Source: Polyangiaceae bacterium
GTDB lineage: Bacteria; Myxococcota_A; Polyangia; Polyangiales; Polyangiaceae
Direction of reading: 5' to 3'
Length of the DNA: 64,000 bases
Assembly (NCBI GenBank): GCA_050287085.1
Contig: JBNKBE010000003.1
Span: 15,252 to 79,251, forward strand
In this document: positions 54,966-64,000 of the stretch, in pieces
How the letters are laid out: each line of letters opens with the position of its first letter
How positions within the stretch are numbered: the stretch's first letter is position 1
Made by a program: the position numbers and the translations under genes
The notes under the pieces: generated by a model
The model's database searches: none
Seen by the model: the letters and a program-made list of their open reading frames with translations, nothing else
What the model was told of the DNA's origin: nothing

Positions 54966-57293
54966 CTACGGGACCAGCGCCTCTCCAGCGGCCCAGCCGA
55001 CGAGGAACGCACGCCAGTCGCCGCGTGCTGCCTCGTTGCAGGTGTAGGCGAAGTGGTCGTCGCTGCAGCCCGCCCCCCCCACGTATTGTCGAAAGCCCCG
55101 CGTGACGCCAAACCAATTCCCGCTCAAGGGCGCCTCAACGACCCCCAGCGGTCCTTCGTGGAGTTGGCCTATGAGTTGCTGTTGCAGACTGAGCTCCAGC
55201 GCTGGCGCCGCTTGCGGCAAGGGTAGAGCGGCCATCAGGGCCTGCTGCGAGCTCGGGGGCGAGTAGTGATCCTGAAGGCCAGCCATCGCAAAGATCGCGC
55301 GCTCCGGCACGGCTGCCAGTCGCGGCGCATGAAGCACCCCCTCAATGGGCTCGAGTACCTGTCCCAACAAAGAAACAAGAGGATGAAGAGTGTCGAGTTC
55401 CTCGGCTGGATCACATGTCACGTAGCGCAGCATATTGCTGGTCGTCACGCGATCGGCCGGAAGCGTCTTATCCAACAACAGGTCCTTGATGCTCCCGCTA
55501 GCCCCCGACAGCACGTAGGCCGTAGCCACCGATGGCCCCGTCAGCGGTCCCACCGAGGCGCCCTGCGAGTGCCCCATGAAAGCGACACCTGAGAACCCAA
55601 GACCAGCACCCGGGATCTCGAACCCGCTGAGAAGACTGCTCTGCCAAACGTAGTCGAGGGCGGCCTGCATCGAATTGCCGCGGGCCGCGCGCAGGTTCAG
55701 GGGATTGAAGAACAGATCCCCCGACTGCACCACCTGCTCAAGCTCCGCGACGTAGCTGGAGCCAGTGAGCTGATCAGACAATGCCAATACACCGACCAGC
55801 TCGGGATCAATGCCTTCCACGTGCGCGCGGTTGCCGTGCATCACGCTCTCGGCGACAAATAGTGCCATGCCCTCACCGAGGAGCTCGTCCGCGATGCCGG
55901 AGTCAAATGGGGACTCCAGCCCCCCGCCTGTGCCAGGAGCAAAAACCACCACCGGCGTTGCCGCCCCATCATACGCGCTTGTCGGCACTGCCAGGCGAAA
56001 CTGAATACGCTCGCTCCTAGGCTGCTCCTGCCCCCCATCGTCTCCTCGCCATGCCCCTTCGTCGAGGAAGTCGCCGGCCAAGTCCGTTGCGTCGAAGCGC
56101 ACGGCCACGCTACCGCTTAGGCCCAGGTCGATCTGCGGCAGATACGGCGGCTTCCCGCGTTGATGGATAGGAGTGGTGAACGTCCCCTCCAGCAGATGGG
56201 ATCCATCCGCAAGCACTTCGTCCACGCTGACGCTGACCGCAGCCAGCGCGGGAGTCTCCGACGCCCGAGCCAGCGACGCTTGCACGGCGGCCAGACGGTG
56301 CGCCGGATCCGCCGTTTCGAACACTGTCATGGCCGCGACGTCACCGACGGCGAGGTCGAGCTCCGATTCCAGCAGTGCCAGCACGGACGTGTAGTCGCTC
56401 TCGCCGCAATCCTTTCCCTGCTTTGCGGCTTCGAGCGCGGCCGGAACACCCAGCGGCTGCCCGGAAACATCTCTCAGGCCGCGGCGAACGACCGCTGCGT
56501 AGCGGGAGGCAGGTTCGAGAGGAAAGCCGGCTACGGGCTGAAGAGCAAGCGTGTGCTCGGGCAGATAGAGCGAACGCTCAAAGACCCGGACGCGGATGGG
56601 CACCGGGCGACCCCAAGCAGGGCTATCCGGATCGACATTGATCAGCAGAACTGGAGAAGCGTTGATATCCAACGTCGCGTCGGGCGTCGGCAACTGGGCC
56701 GACAAGCCGCCGTCAAAGGCAAAGTAGATAGCACCCGTGGGCGACGCGCCATCTGGCTCGAGAGCGGCCAGCGCTGACACATAGGCACGGTATTCTGGAG
56801 GTGATATGGCGCCCACCACTTGACCGACTAGACCGCCCGAAACGCTGGCTTCGCAGCCGCGGGCCGCACTGGGGTTTGGAAACCCGCGCAACTCCGCGTG
56901 GCCGCGCGACTGCTCTGGCCAAGGAAAGGCGAAGAAGTCTTCACCCCCCGCTAGACTGCGATCGCGATCGAAAAGCACGGCGGTGCCCGGAACAGCTTCG
57001 GCGCAACGTGGAAGGAAAGGGCCGCTCCCACCGTCCTTCTGCTCTTCCTGCGGGGAAGGAGTCCCTGCGTCGTCCTGCGCAGCGAATTCACCGGCTCCCC
57101 CATCTGCAGGAGCCTCGAGCGGAGCGTTGTCAGCGTCCCCCCCCGCCGGGCTCGCATCCACAATGGGGGCCGCATCGCGTCGTGCCCCCATCTTCCGTGT
57201 TGCTTCGTCGCCCGAGTCGTGGCCTGAGCACCCCACGAGCGCGAGCGCCCCAAGGGGCACGACTCCAAACGACAGCCCCCTGAGCACCCCCAT
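54966..57293 (-). CDS. Lipoprotein with Ig-like region and C-terminal lipase-like alpha/beta hydrolase
   Basis: GGAGG RBS, lipobox LVGC, FFAFPWP, GFPLEPASRYAAVV, GHSQG, GLQD, DHF. Confidence 0.78.
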   Translation of the reverse strand: MGVLRGLSFGVVPLGALALVGCSGHDSGDEATRKMGARRDAAPIVDASPAGGDADNAPLEAPADGGAGEFAAQDDAGTPSPQEEQKDGGSGPFLPRCAEAVPGTAVLFDRDRSLAGGEDFFAFPWPEQSRGHAELRGFPNPSAARGCEASVSGGLVGQVVGAISPPEYRAYVSALAALEPDGASPTGAIYFAFDGGLSAQLPTPDATLDINASPVLLINVDPDSPAWGRPVPIRVRVFERSLYLPEHTLALQPVAGFPLEPASRYAAVVRRGLRDVSGQPLGVPAALEAAKQGKDCGESDYTSVLALLESELDLAVGDVAAMTVFETADPAHRLAAVQASLARASETPALAAVSVSVDEVLADGSHLLEGTFTTPIHQRGKPPYLPQIDLGLSGSVAVRFDATDLAGDFLDEGAWRGDDGGQEQPRSERIQFRLAVPTSAYDGAATPVVVFAPGTGGGLESPFDSGIADELLGEGMALFVAESVMHGNRAHVEGIDPELVGVLALSDQLTGSSYVAELEQVVQSGDLFFNPLNLRAARGNSMQAALDYVWQSSLLSGFEIPGAGLGFSGVAFMGHSQGASVGPLTGPSVATAYVLSGASGSIKDLLLDKTLPADRVTTSNMLRYVTCDPAEELDTLHPLVSLLGQVLEPIEGVLHAPRLAAVPERAIFAMAGLQDHYSPPSSQQALMAALPLPQAAPALELSLQQQLIGQLHEGPLGVVEAPLSGNWFGVTRGFRQYVGGAGCSDDHFAYTCNEAARGDWRAFLVGWAAGEALVP

Positions 57294-57559
57294 AATACCT
57301 CCCGAACGGGTCAAGCCGAACGTTGAAGTGCTATCCTCGAAACACCTGACCTCAGATTCACTCCACACGTTCCTCAGGCTACCACGATCGACGGGCAGCG
57401 GCGCCCCTTTTGCCGCCCCCTGACAGCGCGTACAAGCCAAACGCTTCGTTCTGTTGCACTGCGCCGCGCCTCGCACCGTCGAACTGGAATCAACGGCCCG
57501 CAATGCAGCTCATGCGCCCGAGGATAGCGGCCGGATTCGGGTCATCTCTCCCGCGGAGC

Positions 57560-58006
57560 CTACGGCTCCGGGAGCGAAGTGGCCTCGGTGAGCGTCTCGG
57601 CCCCGAGTTGCACCGAATAGCTGACACGCACGTTGGAGCGGAGCATCGCGATCACCGAGCAATACTTCTCGACCGAAAGAGCCACGGCACGGGCCGCCTT
57701 GTTCGGAGCGATTTCGCCTTCAAGCAGAAAGCGAAGATGAATGCTTTCGAAGACCGCCGGCACGGCGTCCGCTCGCGTAGCCTCAACTTCAATACGAAGC
57801 CCTTCAAGGGGCTGTTTCTGCTTGTTCAGAATGAGCGCAACGTCGACACCGCTGCAGCTCGCAAGCGATGCGAGTACCCCCTCCATGGGTCGGAGAAATG
57901 TCGGATCCCCTCCGAGTGTTTCGTTGCCGTCCAGCCGCAGTGTCGACCCGCGTTCGGTCTCAGCCACAAATGCCATCGGCGCCTGATATTTCACGAGCAA
58001 CTTCAC
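57560..58006 (-). CDS. OsmC/YhfA family protein
   Basis: RPMEGVLASLASCSGVDV and LSVEKYCSV (two conserved Cys); overlaps the cysM stop. Confidence 0.9.
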   Translation of the reverse strand: MKLLVKYQAPMAFVAETERGSTLRLDGNETLGGDPTFLRPMEGVLASLASCSGVDVALILNKQKQPLEGLRIEVEATRADAVPAVFESIHLRFLLEGEIAPNKAARAVALSVEKYCSVIAMLRSNVRVSYSVQLGAETLTEATSLPEP

Positions 58007-58896
58007 GCGCTTGCCTCCTCATTAAACAGATTACTGGAAAGATATCGATCGCCGCGATCGCAGATGATGACAACGATATGTCCAGTATCCAGCTCCTTGG
58101 CGAGCTCAATGGCCGCCCACAGCGCTCCGCCACTCGACACGCCTCCCAGAATGCCTTCCGTTCGAGCCAGGTTTCGAGCCGTGGCTTCCGCATCAAGCTG
58201 AGATACCCGTATGATGCGATTCAGACGTTCCGGCTCGTAGATCTTGGGCTGATACTCAATAGGCCAAGCCCGAATTCCGGGAATGCTGGCCCCTTCCGCC
58301 GGGTGCACTCCCACGATCTGAACATGAGGAGCGGTGGCCTGAAAGAAGCGTGCCGTCCCCATGATGGTGCCCGTCGTACCCATCGCGGAGACAAAATGCG
58401 TGATCTGCCCCCCGGTATCCCGCCAGATCTCTGGACCCGTCCCCAGCTCGTGAGCGCGCGGGTTGTCCGGATTGCTGAACTGGTCCAGCATCACCCCCCG
58501 ACCGCGCGCCACCTCTTCGCGCGCATAGTCAATCGCCCCTTCCATGCCCCGCTCCTTCGGCGTCAGCGTCACAGTAGCACCGTAGGCGCGCATCAACTGA
58601 ACGCGCTCAGCGGTCGCGTTCTCCGGCATGACCAACTCGATGGGGTATCCCTTGGCCGTGGCGATCATGGCCAGAGCGATACCGGTGTTGCCGCTCGTGG
58701 GTTCGATGATGCGAGTGCGAGCGTTCAGCAGCCCGCGGCGCTCGGCACCCTCGATCATGCTCAGAGCCGGACGATCCTTGACGCTGCCCCCAGGATTGTG
58801 CCCCTCGAGCTTGGCCCATATGCGCACTCCCGGTTTCGGGCTCGACCTCGAAAGCTCCACCAGCGGCGTATTGCCCACCAATTGCGTCAAACTCAT
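58003..58896 (-). CDS. cysM: Cysteine synthase B
   Basis: VGNTPLV, KLEGHNPGGSVKDR, PTSGNTG, MGTTGT, IPGIR.W, CDRGDRYLS. Confidence 0.93.
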   Translation of the reverse strand: MSLTQLVGNTPLVELSRSSPKPGVRIWAKLEGHNPGGSVKDRPALSMIEGAERRGLLNARTRIIEPTSGNTGIALAMIATAKGYPIELVMPENATAERVQLMRAYGATVTLTPKERGMEGAIDYAREEVARGRGVMLDQFSNPDNPRAHELGTGPEIWRDTGGQITHFVSAMGTTGTIMGTARFFQATAPHVQIVGVHPAEGASIPGIRAWPIEYQPKIYEPERLNRIIRVSQLDAEATARNLARTEGILGGVSSGGALWAAIELAKELDTGHIVVIICDRGDRYLSSNLFNEEASA

Positions 58897-59038
58897 AGTC
58901 ACGACGCACCACTTTGCCGATGCAGTGCGGACCATTCAAGGAAGAACGCGCGGCCGGAAGCCCCAGAGCCCGCTATCGGGCCGCCCGAAGCTCCCCCCCA
59001 CCGGTTCTCGCCCCTGCGCGGTCCGCGCACCCGGGCCA

Positions 59039-62000
59039 CTACTGAATCTCGACGAGCGTCATTTTGCACGTCGAACTGCAACCGTCCTGGCCGTCGCACT
59101 CTTCAGGGCCATTGACGACGCCATCACCGCAGCGCGGTCCCAAGACGCAACCGCCCGCACATTCTCCGTAGCCCCCCGCGTTTCGACCGTCATCACATTG
59201 CTCCGGACCGTTGACGACCCCATCTCCGCAAAAAGCACCGAGGAGACAGCGCGGCCCGCACTCACCATAGCCACCGTCATTGACGCCGTCGTCGCATTGT
59301 TCACCCAAGGATGACTGCAACACGCTGTCGCCGCACAACGCTCCCAGCCGACACGTGGTTGTGCAATTCTCTCCGCCGTCACATTGCTCGCCCCACTCGG
59401 CGGAGACAACGCCGTCACCGCAGTGGGGCCCTGGCGTGCAGTCCGCGTTGCAACTGCCGTAGGCGCCATCGTTGATGCCATCATCACAGGTCTCATCGTC
59501 GGTCACGCGACCGTCGCCGCAGTGAGGACCTAGCCGGCAATCCGCTTCGCAACCGCCGTAGCCGCCGTCATTGCCGTTAGCCCCTCGGTCACATTGCTCG
59601 GGTCCGTTGACAATGCCGTCGCCGCAATGAGGTCCCAGCACGCAGTGCGGCGCGCAAAACCCATATACTCCCTCATTCTGGCCATCGTCACACTCCTCGC
59701 CGAGAGCTGGCTGTACCAGCCCGTCACCGCAATAGGGGGCGAGCCGGCAATCCACCAGGCAGTCGGGCGTTCCGTCGCAAGCCTCGCCCCATTCCGACTG
59801 GACGATGCCGTCACCGCAGCGGGGACCCAGAACACACCCCGGCGCGCATTCCCGATAGCCGCCGTCGTTGACGCGGTCGTCACACTCTTCGCCAGCGGAA
59901 GCCTGCACCACACCGTCCCCGCAATACTCCTCCACGTAGCAATGCGAACCGCATTCGCCGTAGCCGCCGTCGTTGCCCCCAGGACCTTCGTCGCAAAGCT
60001 CGTAGGTCGGGTCGAGCTTGCCGTCGCCACAGAAGGGTCCAAACTCACACCCTAGAGCGCAGCGACCGTAGGTGTCCGCGCCGTCGGCGCCGTTCACGCC
60101 GTCGTCGCATTGTTCACCCGGGTCGAGCCGACCGTCGCCGCACAGCACACGGCATCCAGCTGCGCACCCGGGAGTTGAGTCACACTCTTCGCCCCACTCT
60201 GGCTGCACCGTTTCGTCGCCACAACGCGCCGCGTAGCCGCATTGAGCGCTGCAGCGACCGTAGCTACCATCGTTTCGGCCGTCGTCGCACTCCTCGTAGC
60301 CGGGCTCTACCATTCCGTCACCACAGCGCGGACCAATGAGACACGAGGTGGTGCACCCGCCGTAGCCGACCAAGGTGTTATCCTGGCCTTCATCGCATTC
60401 CTCGTAGCCGGCATCGAGTCGTCCATCGCCGCATCGCGGCGGAGAAACGCAACCTGGAGCGCAGCCGCCCTCCGTCCCCCAGATGCTTCGATTGACGCCG
60501 TCGTCGCATTGCTCGTCCCCGTTTACGACGCCGTCGCCGCAGAAGGCCCCAAGCTGTTGGCAATCGCTACTGCACGCGCCGTATTCTAGCTCCGCGCTCC
60601 CACTTGCAAACGTACTGTTGCCCGCCCCAAAGTCACAGACTTCGTCGCCCACCACCACCCCGTCCCCACATACTGGCTCACAGGAGCTCCTGGGGTTCTG
60701 GAAGTTGCGCAAAGTGATCTTGAAGTTGGAGCCACACGCGTGTCGCTCCGCATGAAACATCCTGACTTCATACACCTGCCCAGGTACTAGACCAAGCGCG
60801 ACGTAGCCTCCGTCGGCGCCATCACATGCCATATTGTCCGGGCAAGGTGCCGTCCCGAGACTGTCGTTGCCCGGCGGGAGGAGCCCGTTGCTTACGGTCG
60901 CGCCCCCCGCACTAGCATCCAGCAGAAAGGAGGCGCCCAGCTCAGAATGAAGGCCGCCCAAGTCGATCACGAGCTGGTCGCGAACGAACACCCAAACATC
61001 ATCGTCGCCGGAAAACTCAAAGGACTCGCCCCCTTGATACTCGAACCAGAAGCGCGTCTCGGTCGTAAATGAGTAGTTGCTGTTGCCGCTGCAAACGGAC
61101 GCCTCGTGAACCTCAGGCGAACAACCCTCACAGGCCGGCTGCGCCGCGGTCCACCCCTTGCCGTCCAGCGGCACGAAGTGGCCCCCGGCGACGTCAACAC
61201 TCGAATCAAATACAAACGCTTCGCCAACGCTTCGCAAAGGCAATTCATCGAAGACGGTCACGTTGACGTACGGCACGTCGTCATACCATTGCGCAAATGC
61301 AGCAACAGTCGAGAGGTTCGGGTTGTTGTTGAAGTCCCGATACAGCACCCCGCGGTTCTGCAAGCAGTCTCCGCCCGGACAACGAAATACAGGATCACCA
61401 TTGGTTCCGAGCTGACTGTCAACCAGTTCGAGCACTCCATTGCCATAGTTGCGATTGAAGTCGGCATGGGGGGAGGCTCCTCCTAGTTGCAAGTCCCAGC
61501 CGATGAAGTCCCGTAGCACGATGGGCAATGATGGGGTTGCATTCACCGCGCCGTCAACGCAAGTCCAGACATCGCCGGTCTCTCCCCCTGGCAACGCTGC
61601 CTCTTCGATCTGGCAGGTGTGGCTGCAGCCGTCACCATCTTCGTTGTTCCCGTCGTCACACTCTTCGCTCGCATAGCGTTGTCCGTCTCCGCATACCGAA
61701 AGACAAACGCCTGCCGCGCAGCTCGGCAGCACTACGCAGCGATAGCAACCATCGAAGGGAACGTCGATGTCGCCGGGCGCGGTATCGTCACACTGCTCCT
61801 GTGCTTCGCGCACACCATTGCCACACACGGCAAGCACACATTCTTGCCCGGCGCCCGCACAAACGTACCCTGGTTCAACCTTGCAATCGACCGAACACCC
61901 ATCACCTGACTCCGGGGTGATGTCGTTGTCTTCGCACGTCTCGGCGCCCGCAACCACACCGTCCCCGCATTCTCTGGCCCGACACGGGCGCCCAGGAGCG

Positions 62001-63799
62001 GCGCAAACGTAGCCAGCCTCGACCTCGTCGCAATCGGCGCTGCAGCCGTCGCCGGCAAGCTGGTTACCGTCGTCACAGACCTCGTCACCACTGAGGACTC
62101 CGTCCCCGCACACGACCGTGAACACGCAACCGCTATCGCTGCACGCCCAGTCTGCCTCAATTCGGCAGAGTTCAGAACAGCCATCGTCCGCTGCTTCATT
62201 TCCGTCGTCGCACTGCTCTCCCGTCTGACGGATGCCGTCTCCACATCGGGGCCGAAGACTACAGGGAGCGCCTGGCGTAGGGCAGACGAAGCCGTCTTCC
62301 AACTGACAAGTCTCACTGCAGCCGTCCTCAGCGTCCGCATTACCATCGTCGCACGTTTCACCGGAGGCCGGACTCACCCGACCGTCACCGCATAGGTAGA
62401 GACGGCTACAAGCCGCGCCCGGCACGCATACGAAGTTCGGATCCTGCTCGGTGCAATCCTCACTGCACCCGTCGCCATCCTGAGTATTTGCGTCATCACA
62501 ACGCTCCCCCGGATCCCGCAGCCCGTCGCCGCACTCGATCGTCGACAGACACGCTTGTCCTGGCTCCGGGCAACCAAAAAATGGCTCTATTGTGCATACG
62601 CCCGAGCAGCCGTCGCCCCAGACGGAGCCGTCGCTGCGCAAAGCATCCCCGTCGTCACACTGCTCGCCGGGCGAGAGCACGCCGTCGCCACAGACGACAA
62701 GCATAGCGCAAGGCGTGCCTGGTACGAGACACGAAAACCCTGACTCCAGCCGGCAGCTAGCGTTGCAACCGTCGCCGTCGTCAGTATTCGTATCGTCACA
62801 TTCTTCGAAGGCGTCGACGCGGCCATTGCCACATTCGATCACCCGCTCACACGGCTGCCCCACGGTTGGACAGGCGTAACGTGAGTCTTGAATGCAGTCG
62901 GCCGAACACCCATCGTCATCAAGAGCGTTGCCGTCATCACACGCCTCGCCGGGCTCACGGATGCCGTTGCCGCATGCGATGGTGTAGCGACACGGCTTAC
63001 CTGGCTCGTCACAGGCGAAGTAGGTCTCGAGCCCGCACTCCCGCGAGCAGCCGTCCCCCCCCTGGCGATTGCCGTCGTCGCACTCTTCCCCCTCATCCTT
63101 CGCTCCGTTGCCGCACTTCTCCTCGGGCGTGCAGAGCCGACCCGGCAGGCGACACTCGAACCCCTCCTCCAACTGGCAAAGCTCGGAGCAGCCGTCCCCT
63201 CCCACCTGGTTGCCATCGTCGCAAACGTCATCGCCGTTGATGCGCCCATCACCGCAGGCATAGAGCAGCGTGCAGGCCTGTCCTGGCACGACACACGCGT
63301 ATCGTTCGTCGAGCGTGGTGCAATCGGCGCCACAGCCGTCGCCGGCGACGAGGTTGCCGTCGTCACAATACTCTCCTGGATCCAGCTTTCCGTCGCCACA
63401 CGCAATCGTGGAATGGCATACACCTTCGTCATTGCATTCGAAAAAAGGCTCCGGCGTGCACGTGCCATTGCAGCCGTCCCCGGGCAGGGTGTTTCCGTCG
63501 TCACATTCTTCACCTGGGTCGCGGTGACCGTCGCCACACGCGGGCCCCGCATCAATCCTGACGTAGCGCGACCGCATGGCTCCGGCGTCCTTCTGCGAGC
63601 GTCCAACGGCAATGGCCTCGTCGTTCACGTCTCGCGCCCCGCTCTCATCCTCGGACGAGCGCCCCGCGTCGACGTCGCCCTGGTCAACCGGATTCTCCTG
63701 GGGGCCGCCCCCACCAAAGTCGACATAGGGAGTGTCGGTACACCCTCCCGACAGCGCCAATACCCCAACCAGCCCTGCGGTATTCAGAAATGATCGCAC
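59039..63799 (-). CDS. Large lipoprotein with myxobacterial Cys-rich (DUF4215-like) repeats flanking a fibro-slime domain
   Basis: Many CGDG...E.CDDGN...GDGCS repeats; central LRDF...FAQWY...GDDDVWVF...FHAERH; lipobox LSGGC. Start uncertain (63799 or 63931). Confidence 0.92.
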   Translation of the reverse strand: MRSFLNTAGLVGVLALSGGCTDTPYVDFGGGGPQENPVDQGDVDAGRSSEDESGARDVNDEAIAVGRSQKDAGAMRSRYVRIDAGPACGDGHRDPGEECDDGNTLPGDGCNGTCTPEPFFECNDEGVCHSTIACGDGKLDPGEYCDDGNLVAGDGCGADCTTLDERYACVVPGQACTLLYACGDGRINGDDVCDDGNQVGGDGCSELCQLEEGFECRLPGRLCTPEEKCGNGAKDEGEECDDGNRQGGDGCSRECGLETYFACDEPGKPCRYTIACGNGIREPGEACDDGNALDDDGCSADCIQDSRYACPTVGQPCERVIECGNGRVDAFEECDDTNTDDGDGCNASCRLESGFSCLVPGTPCAMLVVCGDGVLSPGEQCDDGDALRSDGSVWGDGCSGVCTIEPFFGCPEPGQACLSTIECGDGLRDPGERCDDANTQDGDGCSEDCTEQDPNFVCVPGAACSRLYLCGDGRVSPASGETCDDGNADAEDGCSETCQLEDGFVCPTPGAPCSLRPRCGDGIRQTGEQCDDGNEAADDGCSELCRIEADWACSDSGCVFTVVCGDGVLSGDEVCDDGNQLAGDGCSADCDEVEAGYVCAAPGRPCRARECGDGVVAGAETCEDNDITPESGDGCSVDCKVEPGYVCAGAGQECVLAVCGNGVREAQEQCDDTAPGDIDVPFDGCYRCVVLPSCAAGVCLSVCGDGQRYASEECDDGNNEDGDGCSHTCQIEEAALPGGETGDVWTCVDGAVNATPSLPIVLRDFIGWDLQLGGASPHADFNRNYGNGVLELVDSQLGTNGDPVFRCPGGDCLQNRGVLYRDFNNNPNLSTVAAFAQWYDDVPYVNVTVFDELPLRSVGEAFVFDSSVDVAGGHFVPLDGKGWTAAQPACEGCSPEVHEASVCSGNSNYSFTTETRFWFEYQGGESFEFSGDDDVWVFVRDQLVIDLGGLHSELGASFLLDASAGGATVSNGLLPPGNDSLGTAPCPDNMACDGADGGYVALGLVPGQVYEVRMFHAERHACGSNFKITLRNFQNPRSSCEPVCGDGVVVGDEVCDFGAGNSTFASGSAELEYGACSSDCQQLGAFCGDGVVNGDEQCDDGVNRSIWGTEGGCAPGCVSPPRCGDGRLDAGYEECDEGQDNTLVGYGGCTTSCLIGPRCGDGMVEPGYEECDDGRNDGSYGRCSAQCGYAARCGDETVQPEWGEECDSTPGCAAGCRVLCGDGRLDPGEQCDDGVNGADGADTYGRCALGCEFGPFCGDGKLDPTYELCDEGPGGNDGGYGECGSHCYVEEYCGDGVVQASAGEECDDRVNDGGYRECAPGCVLGPRCGDGIVQSEWGEACDGTPDCLVDCRLAPYCGDGLVQPALGEECDDGQNEGVYGFCAPHCVLGPHCGDGIVNGPEQCDRGANGNDGGYGGCEADCRLGPHCGDGRVTDDETCDDGINDGAYGSCNADCTPGPHCGDGVVSAEWGEQCDGGENCTTTCRLGALCGDSVLQSSLGEQCDDGVNDGGYGECGPRCLLGAFCGDGVVNGPEQCDDGRNAGGYGECAGGCVLGPRCGDGVVNGPEECDGQDGCSSTCKMTLVEIQ

Positions 63800-64000
63800 T
63801 GCAACAACAGGGTGGTTGCAGCTCTGCCGGGCACAAGGTGTTTCGCCGGCGCTAGCAGCCGGTGTGTTGGGACGTATCGATGCGAAGCAAGCTCCAGCCT
63901 TCCATCGCCCGACAGTCCAGCCTGAGTACAACTACGCTCCGTTTCGCTCCAGGCGCACACCGTCCCCTCGCACCCAACAAGGAGGCCGGTGTTTGGGTCT

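Overview
High-GC window that looks myxobacterial (Polyangiales/Sorangium-like, inferred from PEGA/TPR plus Ser/Thr kinase modules, CGDG/CDDGN cysteine repeats, fibro-slime proteins and many lipoproteins). It holds about 33 CDS, one tRNA-Ala(CGC), two intergenic minisatellites and at least two gene remnants. No CRISPR array, integrase or transposase is visible. Two multi-gene systems stand out. (1) 9.76-29.0 kb: a thioesterase-less NRPS/PKS cluster, with A-T-KS-AT-ACP-aminotransferase convergent with C-A-T-C*-A*-T (last module degenerate), three alpha/beta-hydrolase-fold proteins, a cupin oxygenase, a methyltransferase and an aldo-keto reductase. (2) 34.7-47.3 kb: a same-strand signalling locus with a Ser/Thr kinase-AAA-GAF protein fused to a CheW-less CheA-like Hpt/HATPase, a REC-DUF4388-roadblock protein, a roadblock protein, a kinase fused to a degenerate ExeA-like ATPase, an output-less NarX P-box/HAMP sensor and a sigma-54 activator, with a candidate sigma-54 promoter but no MglA-type GTPase. 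All domain calls come from reading motifs by eye; no searches were run. Start codons were often adjusted from the ORF track.
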